Virus record (IMG/VR): IMGVR_UViG_3300032291_003679
Location: 94,022 to 158,021 of that record
Length of the DNA stretch: 64,000 nt
Direction: 5' to 3' (one strand)
Source: a virus
Below the pieces are notes generated by a model. The model was not told the origin of the DNA, did no database searches, and saw only the letters and a list, made by a program, of their open reading frames with translations. Of the stretch, positions 41,118 through 54,710 are shown piece by piece. How positions within the stretch are numbered: the first letter of the stretch is position 1; every line of letters begins with the position of its first letter. Position numbers and translations under genes: made by a program.

Positions 41118-42175
41118 CTGTTTAGTTCGTACCAACCTTTTCCCCACAGGCTTTGCAAGCGGGTAAAGTATTTTTCATACATCAGGCCAACAGCGTCTAA
41201 ACCGTATCTGTCTTTTGCATACTTGCTAATTGAAGCCCTATCAAGAGACTTCACATCTTCTGCTGCATTGACAAACTCTTGAAGAGTGTGGCACCTAAAC
41301 CCGGTAACACCATCAATGACAGTTTCCGTAAAAGCTCCCCAGTCTGTAGAGATAACTGGAGAACCACAGGCCATGGCTTCTACAGCAACGGTTCCAAAAG
41401 GCTCAACATAGATAGTTGGAGTGAATGTCGCTATTGCCCCACCCATTAGTTTCGCGCGCTGTTCGGTTCCAACAACACCAACGTACTCTCCGTATTCAGG
41501 TGGAACGCCTTGACCGGCAATTACCAACCGCTTGCCTAGATGTTTGCAAACATCGACGGCAATTTGGTAACCCTTGCGCTCAATTAGGCGTCCAATGTAA
41601 AGATAGTAGTCGTCTGGTTCTTCTTGCAGCGGGAAGTTTTCAACCTCTATATAGCTCGGAATTACCGTGTCGTAGAACTTTCCGTCGAGAGCGTGAGGGT
41701 CAGTTACTTTTGAGCCATAGCAGGAGTGCATCCAAGCGTATGATTCAAAAACCTTGTATGGAGCAAATGAGCCACCGTAGCCAATTCCAAACTCTACGCT
41801 TAGTTCCTCGGGAAAAGCATCAGCGATGGGCTTAGAGGCGTAACCAGCAATAAGACAAATAAAGTCTTTATGTTCTAAGCGGTTTCTAATTCCGTAAATC
41901 ACATTGGCGTTGAAATTTTTCCAGTGAGGAAGATTCCAGTCGAAAGATGCAGCAGAATAGTGATTGTCTCCTACAGCCTTTAAACGCTGTTCTTCGCTAA
42001 TACATACAATGTGGTCATCGCACGGCGCTTCATTGAACTCGCCACCGTAGAGAAATACGGTATGCCCGAGGTTCTTCATCATGATGCAGAACTTACGAAC
42101 CTTTTCCGTGTAGGCGCAAGCCGTAAAATCTTCAGTTGTGTTTGTGTGAGGCAGGCTTACGACATGAAATCTCAT
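41114..42175 (-). CDS. GT4-family glycosyltransferase
   Basis: YIGRLIERKG, EPFGTVAVEAMACGSPVI. Confidence 0.9.
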   Translation of the reverse strand: MRFHVVSLPHTNTTEDFTACAYTEKVRKFCIMMKNLGHTVFLYGGEFNEAPCDDHIVCISEEQRLKAVGDNHYSAASFDWNLPHWKNFNANVIYGIRNRLEHKDFICLIAGYASKPIADAFPEELSVEFGIGYGGSFAPYKVFESYAWMHSCYGSKVTDPHALDGKFYDTVIPSYIEVENFPLQEEPDDYYLYIGRLIERKGYQIAVDVCKHLGKRLVIAGQGVPPEYGEYVGVVGTEQRAKLMGGAIATFTPTIYVEPFGTVAVEAMACGSPVISTDWGAFTETVIDGVTGFRCHTLQEFVNAAEDVKSLDRASISKYAKDRYGLDAVGLMYEKYFTRLQSLWGKGWYELNS

Positions 42176-42463
42176 TTAAAACCACCAGAAATGTTTAAGA
42201 ATTGAAAGACTGGCCAGAACTACCCACGCCACGTTGAAAAGAATGATTGTTGGCAGCGTCTTACGAGTCGAGGTCCAGATTAGAGCAACGCTTGAAATAA
42301 TTGCGAAAATATATAGCCACCAGAACTGTTTTCCTAAAAGAAGACCAGGAAAGATGATTGCAATCTTTGTGGAAAAACCCCATGCTTCTACCGTGTTGAC
42401 GCTATTCCAATACTTGCGACTAGACATAGTTTTGATTGCATCGATGATTTTTCTAAAAAACAT
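42176..42463 (-). CDS. Small multi-pass membrane protein
   Basis: Three hydrophobic segments; AGGAG RBS before ATG 42463. Confidence 0.7.
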   Translation of the reverse strand: MFFRKIIDAIKTMSSRKYWNSVNTVEAWGFSTKIAIIFPGLLLGKQFWWLYIFAIISSVALIWTSTRKTLPTIILFNVAWVVLASLSILKHFWWF

Positions 42464-42470
42464 TTTTCTC

Positions 42471-43007
42471 CTAAATGTAAGACATGTAGTCACGGCCTTT
42501 TTCCGCAAAAAAAAGCTGAATGCTATAACGTCTGACGGGCGCTGCCGCAGAAATCATAGATACATGATGTGGGATTTGACCCTTGGCAACCACCGCAGTA
42601 TTGAACTCTGGAATATGGCCCTTCAGGTTTCCGTCTTCTAGATACATAAATAGACCACCCCAGTTTTTATCCCAAAACTCATTAAGATAAATAGAGACAT
42701 TGATTGGGGTGTAGTCTTCGTGCCAGCCGATTTGAGAATGGATAGGCATTGAAAAAAACATCGGGAACGGAATGTACAGATTCATAGTCTCTACTTCCGG
42801 AATAAATAAACCTATTTCCCGTCTGAGTTTTTCCTCAAACTGGGAAAGACTTGCCATCATTATCGAAGCAGAGCCAGCAACAATATCCTGATTCCACATC
42901 GTATTTTCTCTCCAGATATAATCATCTGCATTTTGTACGATGTATTCATGCATTTCGTTCATTAACTCAAAAGACAAAACGTTCTGGTGTTTTTCAACTG
43001 TTCCCAT
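42471..43007 (-). CDS. 2OG-Fe(II) oxygenase (prolyl-hydroxylase-like)
   Basis: WHED, IYLNEFWDKNWGG, PEFN, HHVS, RYSIQ. Confidence 0.85.
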   Translation of the reverse strand: MGTVEKHQNVLSFELMNEMHEYIVQNADDYIWRENTMWNQDIVAGSASIMMASLSQFEEKLRREIGLFIPEVETMNLYIPFPMFFSMPIHSQIGWHEDYTPINVSIYLNEFWDKNWGGLFMYLEDGNLKGHIPEFNTAVVAKGQIPHHVSMISAAAPVRRYSIQLFFAEKGRDYMSYI

Positions 43008-43677
43008 CAATGCTCCATATGTGTGGCTTTACGTGGCTCAAACGAATTGTAGTGTCAAAATGACACTCAATGCCAGCGCGTCTGGCTCTCATGAATAGTG
43101 CAGAATCTTCACTCGTATTGACTTCCGTTTTTTTTGTAATAGGGTTTATTTCTGTAGTATTAGCAAAATATGGAAATTCTATTTCCCCAAAGACGCCTCT
43201 TTTCATACAGCAAAAACCAAGACCGCTTGAATAAATTTTTACGTATTCTGGCAAAGAAGCAAGTTCATCGACATAAAAATGCTGAGGAACGGGGTCGTCC
43301 CAGTTGAGCGCATCATGACAAGTTTCTGTGGCGTCAGCGGCAAATTGTTTCATAACGCTTAAACGTCCATCAGGGCTAATCATGTAGGCACCAACAGTAA
43401 TTTGATGCGGTGAATTAATAATTTTACAAAAGTCTTCAACGGTCCAAAATATGTCGCTGTCTATCCACAAAAGCCTGTCGTGAGGTTCGCGTGACATTCG
43501 AAGACCCTCTACCATTAATTCTCTAAGTTGACCAACATGGGAACCAGAGTGATGACAGAGACCAACACTAATATTTGCACGAGCAGCGTACGCCATTGTT
43601 CGATGCAAGCTAACCACATACTGGGGAGTGAATGACTGCGCTGGCGTCATAATGATGACACGCTTAACATTACTCAT
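42994..43677 (-). CDS. GT2-like (GT-A fold) glycosyltransferase
   Basis: LLWIDSDI, GLGFCCM, SEDSALF, LSHVK. Confidence 0.75.
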   Translation of the reverse strand: MSNVKRVIIMTPAQSFTPQYVVSLHRTMAYAARANISVGLCHHSGSHVGQLRELMVEGLRMSREPHDRLLWIDSDIFWTVEDFCKIINSPHQITVGAYMISPDGRLSVMKQFAADATETCHDALNWDDPVPQHFYVDELASLPEYVKIYSSGLGFCCMKRGVFGEIEFPYFANTTEINPITKKTEVNTSEDSALFMRARRAGIECHFDTTIRLSHVKPHIWSIDGNS

Positions 43678-43687
43678 CGCCAGAAAC

Positions 43688-44407
43688 TTAAGCCTCGGGG
43701 GTTACAAATGAAGAGTCATCAAAAACGTTAACAACGGGCGTTTTAATGTTTTCATTTTGAATTGGAGTAAGCGAGCAGTTTATAAACTGACTAATAATCC
43801 ATTTATCGTTTGATAATGGAACCATTCCTTGATGTGGATATAGCCATGTCGTTGGAAAAATAACCACTTTGCCAATCTCTGCCTCGGTAATGAGGCCATG
43901 TTCTGGGAACGACGTCCCACCACCTTCTTTTACCGTATTGAGATAAACAATTACGGCAAGAATGCGCGCGGTGTTGGTGCCATCATCGATTGGGAACCAA
44001 GGCTGCGCATCGCAGTGTCTTCTGTAGAAGCCAACATTTCTTTCGTACCGTTGAATCCTAAAACCTGTGCAGTGAAGTCCGGGTGCGGACCACAGGTCCT
44101 GGTAATGCTCAATATAGTCAGCTACACAACTCCATACATCGTTATTGAATTCTTCACAGATGCTTGAGTAAATTCTGAAGTATTTAAGGTCTGGGGTGTA
44201 CTGCTCTGCATTCATAAACGAAGTATCCATGCAGTTTTTCATTAATGGGTTATACCCACCAATAGTTGGACCAAGTTCAAAAAGAGTGTTGAAATCCTCT
44301 GTTAAACACGAAACCAACTGAGCACATTTGTCTGCGTCCAAAGCATTCTTGTATTCAGCAATAGCAATGTCTTTGCCGAGCGGAAATGATGCATTTATCT
44401 GTCCCAT
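43688..44407 (-). CDS. 2OG-Fe(II) oxygenase
   Basis: RHCD, RILAVIVYLN, GGGTSF, FPTTWLYPHQG, KWII. Confidence 0.88.
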   Translation of the reverse strand: MGQINASFPLGKDIAIAEYKNALDADKCAQLVSCLTEDFNTLFELGPTIGGYNPLMKNCMDTSFMNAEQYTPDLKYFRIYSSICEEFNNDVWSCVADYIEHYQDLWSAPGLHCTGFRIQRYERNVGFYRRHCDAQPWFPIDDGTNTARILAVIVYLNTVKEGGGTSFPEHGLITEAEIGKVVIFPTTWLYPHQGMVPLSNDKWIISQFINCSLTPIQNENIKTPVVNVFDDSSFVTPEA

Positions 44408-45180
44408 CTACGCTGTTCCCTTCTGTATTTACCTTTTCGTTTAAAACTAGGCACCCACGGACCGCCAAACCCTAAACCTTCGTGCGCATGAAATAAACCT
44501 TCATCCCCGAAAATTAATGAATTGGCATTGTCTTTACGTTTGAAAATAATCAGCTGGGCAATCGGTGTCCCCTGAGCAATGTGAAATGGCTTGTCTGTTA
44601 AGACGTTAAGAACTACATTGACCGTATGGTAATAATCAGTATTGACGACGCCTGCGACTACGTCAAATTCTGGTCTCGGATTGACAAGCGAAGAAGTAAT
44701 CATGACAGAATAGCCCTTGGCGGTCCTGACGTTCCAAGGAGACACAAGTTTTAAATAGTTTGCGCCTTGAACACTTTTATCACGACGCTCAGTAAAAGGA
44801 CATGCGCCAGTCTGATTGAAACCAAAAGGTTCTATTTTCCCAGCCCGTCCATTTGGGTCTGGTTGCGTTACGTTGAACTCAGCATCAAAATAATGACCGT
44901 CCAGAGATGGCCTAACGCGAATATCTGCCCACAAAGGAAGGGTTATTCCCGTTTCTGCTACATCCGAAACTCCAGGACAATATTTAAGATTCTTGTCTTC
45001 ATCAAGCCGGTGAGTCCACCATTCTTTAAAGTTTCTATTCAGAATTGGTCTAGTCACATCTGTAACAACCATGCCATTGCGCTCCGGCATAAAAAGAACT
45101 TCATTTGGTTTTAGTTTTGGAACGTCGCGAGGGCTATTGCCAGAAATAAAAGAAATACCTTTATCTTTTGAAGACTTCAT
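44395..45180 (-). CDS. DUF6065-like protein
   Basis: KYCPG..D...G, KLVSPW...T.KGYS, GVVNTDYY, GTPIAQLI; AAAGGA RBS before ATG 45180. Confidence 0.6.
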   Translation of the reverse strand: MKSSKDKGISFISGNSPRDVPKLKPNEVLFMPERNGMVVTDVTRPILNRNFKEWWTHRLDEDKNLKYCPGVSDVAETGITLPLWADIRVRPSLDGHYFDAEFNVTQPDPNGRAGKIEPFGFNQTGACPFTERRDKSVQGANYLKLVSPWNVRTAKGYSVMITSSLVNPRPEFDVVAGVVNTDYYHTVNVVLNVLTDKPFHIAQGTPIAQLIIFKRKDNANSLIFGDEGLFHAHEGLGFGGPWVPSFKRKGKYRREQRRWDR

Positions 45181-46651
45181 GATGTTTCCTTTCACTTCGG
45201 CTCTGCAGGAACGAATTCCTAAAATTGTCAAGCTCTTTCTTTGAAGAGTCTATCGTTCCGTATTCACTCAGCATACGTGCAGAAATGTCCTTACTTACAA
45301 GTCCTTGACCTTGGGCAACATGCCACAGGTGGGCCACCTGAAACAGTTCGTAGCCATTTGCTCCATATGGGTCATTCCGAGAAGGACTGCGTTCTTTCCA
45401 CAAAGCCAGCAATTCCTCAAGCATCGGCGGTTTTTCCATGTCCGCAGCGTCTCGCCAGAATTGGGTATCCCGCCTGTCGGAAACATAGTGCAAAGCAATC
45501 ATTGAAACAAGATTTTCATGAAAGTCATTCATTATTTCGTTGTATCTTTTTGGAGAAGCGGTATGCCACGGTTCATATGAGCCCAAAAAGGTACAAAGAA
45601 GACGAGCCTGTTGAATAGCGGTAGATATGGATGTTGCTTCCAGTGGTTCAATAAAGGAACTGGCCAAACCAACAGCAACACAGTTTTTGTGCCACTGCGT
45701 CTTTAAGTACCCTGAATCGTAATGAATAAACCGTGGTGACTCAATCGTATAGCCGGTTGCTTCTTGCAACTCGTTTATTACGCTTTCCTCGTCTATGTGT
45801 TTTGAAGAATATACATACCCGTTACCGCGACGTTCTTGTGTCGGTATTTCCCATATCCATCCTGCAGATGCTGCCCGAGCCCGTGTATATGGTCTGATTT
45901 CACCACTTGGGTCAGGTGGGGTTGGGAATGGCGATGCCGAATCAACTAAAAGGTATTTTGAATATGAAGACCATTCGGTGTTTCCTATTTCGCTCATTAG
46001 CACACGATAAAAACCACTTGCGTCAATCCAGAAATCAGCAAAGTGCTCGCCGTTTTGAAGTTCTACTGATTTAATAAATCCGTTTTCGGAATCAGTGTTA
46101 ACTTTCGTAACAATGTCATCCACAAAAGATATTCCACGGTTTTTGCACAAAGAATGAAAATACGAGTTTAATTTAAAAGTGTCAAAATGAAATTGGTTTG
46201 TCGATGAATGGGGGGACAAGCTGTCACTAATGTCGTTGCCGTTTTCGTCAACTTTAAAAGGGACAGGAATATAGTTTTCTATAAATCTAGGGTTTGTCAA
46301 AGAGTTGGTTAGTAGCTTCCCGTTTACGTTAATCCAGTCATACAAAGGAACTGTATCGTGATGAAATCCATACGAGTTTACGCTGTGGAAATATTGAGGA
46401 GTATGGGTCGACCAGCCCTCAAAATAAATCCCATATTTATGGGTTGCTCCTGCTTCATCAACCAACTCATCAATGTCAATATCGCACATCTCACAAAAAA
46501 GACGCCAATGTTCTGTTGAACCTTCACCGACACCAATAATTCCAAGTTTTGATGACTCAATGATTGTCACGTCAGATTTTGGTAATCGTTTTTTTATAAC
46601 GATTGCGGCTATCAACCCCGCAGTTCCACCGCCAACAATTGAAATTTTCAC
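45161..46651 (-). CDS. Flavin-dependent (tryptophan-halogenase family) halogenase
   Basis: GGGTAG, GVGEGS, catalytic-position Lys in ATHKYGI, WIWEIP (WxWxIP), FIEPLEATSI. Confidence 0.92.
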   Translation of the reverse strand: MKISIVGGGTAGLIAAIVIKKRLPKSDVTIIESSKLGIIGVGEGSTEHWRLFCEMCDIDIDELVDEAGATHKYGIYFEGWSTHTPQYFHSVNSYGFHHDTVPLYDWINVNGKLLTNSLTNPRFIENYIPVPFKVDENGNDISDSLSPHSSTNQFHFDTFKLNSYFHSLCKNRGISFVDDIVTKVNTDSENGFIKSVELQNGEHFADFWIDASGFYRVLMSEIGNTEWSSYSKYLLVDSASPFPTPPDPSGEIRPYTRARAASAGWIWEIPTQERRGNGYVYSSKHIDEESVINELQEATGYTIESPRFIHYDSGYLKTQWHKNCVAVGLASSFIEPLEATSISTAIQQARLLCTFLGSYEPWHTASPKRYNEIMNDFHENLVSMIALHYVSDRRDTQFWRDAADMEKPPMLEELLALWKERSPSRNDPYGANGYELFQVAHLWHVAQGQGLVSKDISARMLSEYGTIDSSKKELDNFRNSFLQSRSERKHHEVFKR

Positions 46652-46652
46652 G

Positions 46653-47267
46653 TTACCTAAACCACGTTACAAAAGAATACTTGATGTCGTAAGAATTTTC
46701 TTTTATTGGAAGGGCGGCATGCTTGTAAAGATAGTTAGAAGGGAAAAGAACAAACGAGCCAGCTTGGCATGGAACAGTCAAATCCAAGTGTTCAAAGTAA
46801 AGTTCACCACCTTCGAAGTCGTCATTGAACCACCCAACCAAACTTAATTGACGCTGATTTTCAGGGTGGTAATCAATGTGTGGCCTATACTCTGCGCCGC
46901 TAGGGTATTTTAGAACCCTATAACCTTCATCCGCTTGCAGCTCAAGGTCGTAATCGTTACGGTATTGATAAACGCATGCATTGATTTTTTCAAAAGAATC
47001 CAACCATTTTTTGTGAAGGTCGAAAAGCCTGTGATGCTCCTGAACGGAATCAAGCATTATAGGACTTAGTTCCATCTGGTTGGATTGCCTGTAATCAGAA
47101 ATGATGCCGCTTCCTGTTGGGGAAACTTCCCACATTAGGTATGGCCAATCCTGTGCGGATTCTTTTTCAATTTCATCAATAATGCCAGTGGGGTCAAATA
47201 TATTTTTATGAAGAACAACACCTGGGGCAAGTATTTCTTTTTCATATTCAAAACTGTTTTCAGTCAT
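46653..47267 (-). CDS. 2OG-Fe(II) oxygenase
   Basis: PHID, FNDDFEGGELYF, FPSNYLYKH, KYSFVTW. Confidence 0.88.
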   Translation of the reverse strand: MTENSFEYEKEILAPGVVLHKNIFDPTGIIDEIEKESAQDWPYLMWEVSPTGSGIISDYRQSNQMELSPIMLDSVQEHHRLFDLHKKWLDSFEKINACVYQYRNDYDLELQADEGYRVLKYPSGAEYRPHIDYHPENQRQLSLVGWFNDDFEGGELYFEHLDLTVPCQAGSFVLFPSNYLYKHAALPIKENSYDIKYSFVTWFR

Positions 47268-47712
47268 TATTTTCTCGTTCTATTACTTTAAACTCATTTA
47301 TCCAGAGATACTGCTCGTCATCTTTCCACAATACGAAAGATAATTCCGATTCAGAACCCATTCTTACATTAAACTCAGCATAATGTCGTTCAAGAACTGA
47401 CGGAATCAACATTAAGTGCCCGTTTGGTTCTTGAATTATATGACGAAATAAAGTAAAACGAAAGCCAGCAGTTAAGTCAACAAATTCGTTAACATAACTA
47501 AACTTAAAATATTCTTTAGAAATAGGCTGAGGTGGCGTCAACTGACAAAAATGCTCAATTGGGATTGACAAAGGGATAGGTTTAGACCTGTCGAACTTCA
47601 AACTCTTTGTCCGCTCGTTGTCCCCAACTAAAACAGGGACAAGATGCAGCCGAGAGAGCTTCTTGGCCTCTTCTAAATAGCTCTCATCTGGGCAATAGAT
47701 AACTCTGTCCAT
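47260..47712 (-). CDS. Hypothetical protein
   Basis: ORF in the operon; TAACAT 8 nt before the ATG. Confidence 0.65.
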   Translation of the reverse strand: MDRVIYCPDESYLEEAKKLSRLHLVPVLVGDNERTKSLKFDRSKPIPLSIPIEHFCQLTPPQPISKEYFKFSYVNEFVDLTAGFRFTLFRHIIQEPNGHLMLIPSVLERHYAEFNVRMGSESELSFVLWKDDEQYLWINEFKVIERENND

Positions 47713-47723
47713 GGACAGGCATG

Positions 47724-47960
47724 TTACTCTAGTTCAGAGAGAAGTGCACACACGTTCATATATTGAGCACGGCATTTTTCAATTACATCCTTCAAGCCGG
47801 TTTCATACCCTGAAAAATCAGTAGTGTCGATATCGACGCTAAATGGGTCTTCAAATCCCATCTGAATCAAAGCCATAACAATCTGTGTTTCAAGATTGTT
47901 TTTTGCGCCACCAAGCGAAACTTTTCTTGCATCTGATGTCATGTTGTTTAAGTTTGCCAC
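47724..47960 (-). CDS. Small acidic hypothetical protein
   Basis: AGGAG RBS, GTG start. Confidence 0.65.
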   Translation of the reverse strand: MANLNNMTSDARKVSLGGAKNNLETQIVMALIQMGFEDPFSVDIDTTDFSGYETGLKDVIEKCRAQYMNVCALLSELE

Positions 47961-47968
47961 GGTTTCTC

Positions 47969-49645
47969 CTATGAATTAATTATAATTTTTGTGCTTGACT
48001 GCAAAGCCTGTGTCAGTCCAGAAGTATCAGTAATGATAATTATACCGCCTTCTCTGCCCTGGGTTCCGGCATTGCCAGCCGCTCCGGCATTGCCAGCCGC
48101 TCCATTATTCCCAGCGTTTCCTGGATTTCCTGCAAGACCCTTTGGTCCGTTTGTTCCAGGATTACCAGCGTTGCCCGCTACACCAGCATTGCCAGCTGCT
48201 CCAGCGGTGCCTCCAGCAATATGATGCTGGTGAGCTGTGTGAGATGCGTTGGAGTTTGCGTAATGGAAAGTATTTGGGTTGTGACCACTTACATAATTAT
48301 ATGAATGATGGTGCCCTAATCCAATTAAAAAGTGGGCAACGTTTGCTGGCACAGAACCACGTGGCCACACCCTGTTTGCTGCAGCGCCAGTATAATGGAA
48401 GGCGTGAGAGCTCCCGCGGTGCGAATGTCGAGGGAAGTGCCCAGAGTTTGATTCGTTGGCAGGGCGACCTGGCGTGCCTCCAAATGTTCTCATGTGTCCA
48501 TAACCGTTGAGTGCCCCATCGAATGCGTGCGCCACGGCGTGGTTTGGGTTCGAACCAGCAGGGTGGCCATAGTTGTGAAAACCCGAGTCGTGAGCATGAA
48601 CATACGTGTCACCGCTACCACCAGCATTTCCAGCAGCCCCAGGGTTTGCTACACCAGGATTGCCAGCCGTGGCTCCAGTGCCATTAGTTCCATCAGCACC
48701 TGCGTTACCAGCATTAGCCCCAGTGCCTGCGCTCCCTGCATTTCCAGCAACTCCATTTGTACCAGATTGCCCGACGCTGATAATTGTTCCAGAACCAGAA
48801 ATTGTTTTTGCAACAATCAAAACAATCGGACCGCCTACACCTCCTACGCCGTTGGAACCAGCATTTCCAGCATTTCCAGCATTTCCCGCAGTCCCACCAG
48901 CGCCGTTGGTGCCAGCATTGCCTGGGTTGCCTGCAGCGCCGGCTGAACCGCCATGTCCTGTGCCGTTAGTGCCCGCATTGCCATTGTTGGCAACATGATG
49001 AGGGCTGTGCCAGTTGTAGTAAACACCAGAACCGCCATGAGCATAGTGCCAGTGACCAGGCAACCCAGTAGTTCCACCTGCTGTTGCGCCACTTCCTCCG
49101 TGACCACCAGTCCCTGCGCTTCCTGCTGCGCCTGCCCCCCCAGCCGTCGCTCCAGTTCCTGCGTTTCCTGCTGCTCCTACTCCCCCTGAACCTCCGGAAG
49201 TCGCACCAGTACCATCTGCTCCTTTATCTCCACCACTGAACTGGCGAACTATTCCTGCATTGTCTACAAAATATCCGGTAATCGCAGTTTCTAAATTGTG
49301 AAGAACACTCAGCGGCAAAGGGTTACTGGAAGTCTGGCTGATGCTGTATGTTGCAACCGAAGAAGCCTGGCCTGCGACAGTTCCGGTGTTTATGGGTGTT
49401 GTGTAACCCACAGAAGCACCTATTGTGCCATTGTTTACGAGTTCTCCCTTAACAAAAACACGGAATCCGTTAGTAATAAAAGTACAGCTGCTGTTAATGG
49501 TCAACGAGTTGTAGTACATGTCTCGCGTGATTACGGTAGGAGTACCAGTGTTGGACACAACTACGTTCCCATCGCTACCGTTACCATAAACGGAGTCATT
49601 ACCTATTCTTTGTTCGTATACCTTATTAAATTTTTCAATATACAT
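47969..49645 (-). CDS. Gly-rich (G-X-X repeat) virion/adhesin-like protein with two His-rich loops
   Basis: (GNA/GAA/GTN)n tracts flanking His/aromatic-rich inserts. Confidence 0.8.
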   Translation of the reverse strand: MYIEKFNKVYEQRIGNDSVYGNGSDGNVVVSNTGTPTVITRDMYYNSLTINSSCTFITNGFRVFVKGELVNNGTIGASVGYTTPINTGTVAGQASSVATYSISQTSSNPLPLSVLHNLETAITGYFVDNAGIVRQFSGGDKGADGTGATSGGSGGVGAAGNAGTGATAGGAGAAGSAGTGGHGGSGATAGGTTGLPGHWHYAHGGSGVYYNWHSPHHVANNGNAGTNGTGHGGSAGAAGNPGNAGTNGAGGTAGNAGNAGNAGSNGVGGVGGPIVLIVAKTISGSGTIISVGQSGTNGVAGNAGSAGTGANAGNAGADGTNGTGATAGNPGVANPGAAGNAGGSGDTYVHAHDSGFHNYGHPAGSNPNHAVAHAFDGALNGYGHMRTFGGTPGRPANESNSGHFPRHSHRGSSHAFHYTGAAANRVWPRGSVPANVAHFLIGLGHHHSYNYVSGHNPNTFHYANSNASHTAHQHHIAGGTAGAAGNAGVAGNAGNPGTNGPKGLAGNPGNAGNNGAAGNAGAAGNAGTQGREGGIIIITDTSGLTQALQSSTKIIINS

Positions 49646-49647
49646 TG

Positions 49648-50367
49648 TTACACCAACTGCATGTAGTTGACGGTTCCAGGATTTTGGCCAGTTACGTTAG
49701 TCGTGACAGATGCAGGCAACGCCACAGCACTTGATATTAGTAGGACAACTCCACCTCCAGCAGGAGCTGTGGCTGGAGCTTGTATGTAAGCAGTGCCGCT
49801 TACAGGGCCAGCTATATATCTAGCCGCAAGGATTACGACTCCACCACCAGCCTGCCCGCTTCCGCCCGCTCCGCCTCTTAAAAATGTCGGCCCTCCAGAA
49901 GCAGTGACAGAATAGCCTTGAATTGCTTGGCGAGGAATGCTCCAATATTGTGTTCCGCCAAGAGCAGCCGTCGGTACTGTCGCCGTGAACCCAGTTGCAG
50001 AACCGCCAAGAGAATGAGTCACGGCAGTGCTCACTGCTCCTCCTTGTTGAATTGAGCCAGCAGTTGAAAAACCCGTAGTAAAGCCAATCGTTGCGTCGTT
50101 TCCAGCAAAGGTTAAAATATTTTTAACAAATATTCTGTATCCGTTTGGTGCTAAGCGAACGCTTGTATTTAGCGTCAGATTGTTAAAAAACATATCTCTT
50201 GTCATTGTGTAGACACTCGCTGATGGAGCCATGCTCAAAACAGTCGTGGACCCATCAAGAACAGCATCGCCATCCATGCCTGTTCCGTAAACAGGGTCGG
50301 CGGAATCAAGAAACTGCGCCATAGAATCTGGCACGTTCATTCTTGTGATGCTGGTAAATCTTCTCAT
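49648..50367 (-). CDS. Paralog of 47969-49645 lacking the repeats and loops
   Basis: Shared VYG.G.DG, TRDM..N.LT.N, NG.R.FVK and GG.VV/I.L motifs. Confidence 0.75.
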   Translation of the reverse strand: MRRFTSITRMNVPDSMAQFLDSADPVYGTGMDGDAVLDGSTTVLSMAPSASVYTMTRDMFFNNLTLNTSVRLAPNGYRIFVKNILTFAGNDATIGFTTGFSTAGSIQQGGAVSTAVTHSLGGSATGFTATVPTAALGGTQYWSIPRQAIQGYSVTASGGPTFLRGGAGGSGQAGGGVVILAARYIAGPVSGTAYIQAPATAPAGGGVVLLISSAVALPASVTTNVTGQNPGTVNYMQLV

Positions 50368-50369
50368 AG

Positions 50370-50708
50370 TTATGGAATCGTTTTTACACCAGTAATCAAA
50401 ATGTTGACTACATCGTCCGAAGATGCTGATGCCCAGAGTTTGTCTCCGGCAGGAACAAATATATCCGAGGCAATCATCATTGTTTCATTTGCAGCAAGAG
50501 CCATTGAGTTGAATATTCTGTTTGATGAAGTTGTTGAAGTATCTGCCGAGCCAGTTATTGAAAAGTGCACAGTGACAGAAGAAGAATGGGTATTACACAA
50601 AACCAACTGCGTGATAACAAGCGTTTCTCCGGTGCCTACTTGATATAAAACTTCTTCAGTTGCATCTATTGGAGTGAAAACGATTCGTGCGACTTCGACT
50701 GTTGCCAT
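50370..50708 (-). CDS. Small beta-rich virion protein
   Basis: LYQV..GET.VI..L.LCN...GDKL.A.AS...VNILITG; structural context. Confidence 0.6.
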   Translation of the reverse strand: MATVEVARIVFTPIDATEEVLYQVGTGETLVITQLVLCNTHSSSVTVHFSITGSADTSTTSSNRIFNSMALAANETMMIASDIFVPAGDKLWASASSDDVVNILITGVKTIP

Positions 50709-50716
50709 GATTTTAC

Positions 50717-54484
<3,768 letters not shown>

Positions 54485-54497
54485 TCAGGGCAATTTT

Positions 54498-54701
54498 TTA
54501 CTTTTCTGAAGCTCCAGAACCCTTGCCGAAAGCAGTGTCGTTTGGATTCAAGTAGCGCATGATTACAGGAAGCGCAGCTGCCCAAAGAGCATTAAGCGAC
54601 AACTTCCAGTCTTGTGTTGCGACCCATGTAGATACGCCAGCGCCAATGACGCTTCGTCCATAGGAAGCCAATAGTGCTTTGTGTGCTGCTGTCAATTTCA
54701 T
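54498..54701 (-). CDS. Putative holin
   Basis: 67 aa, two hydrophobic segments, SYGRSV...LPVIMRYLNPNDTAFG. Confidence 0.65.
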   Translation of the reverse strand: MKLTAAHKALLASYGRSVIGAGVSTWVATQDWKLSLNALWAAALPVIMRYLNPNDTAFGKGSGASEK

Positions 54702-54710
54702 TGGTTTCTC

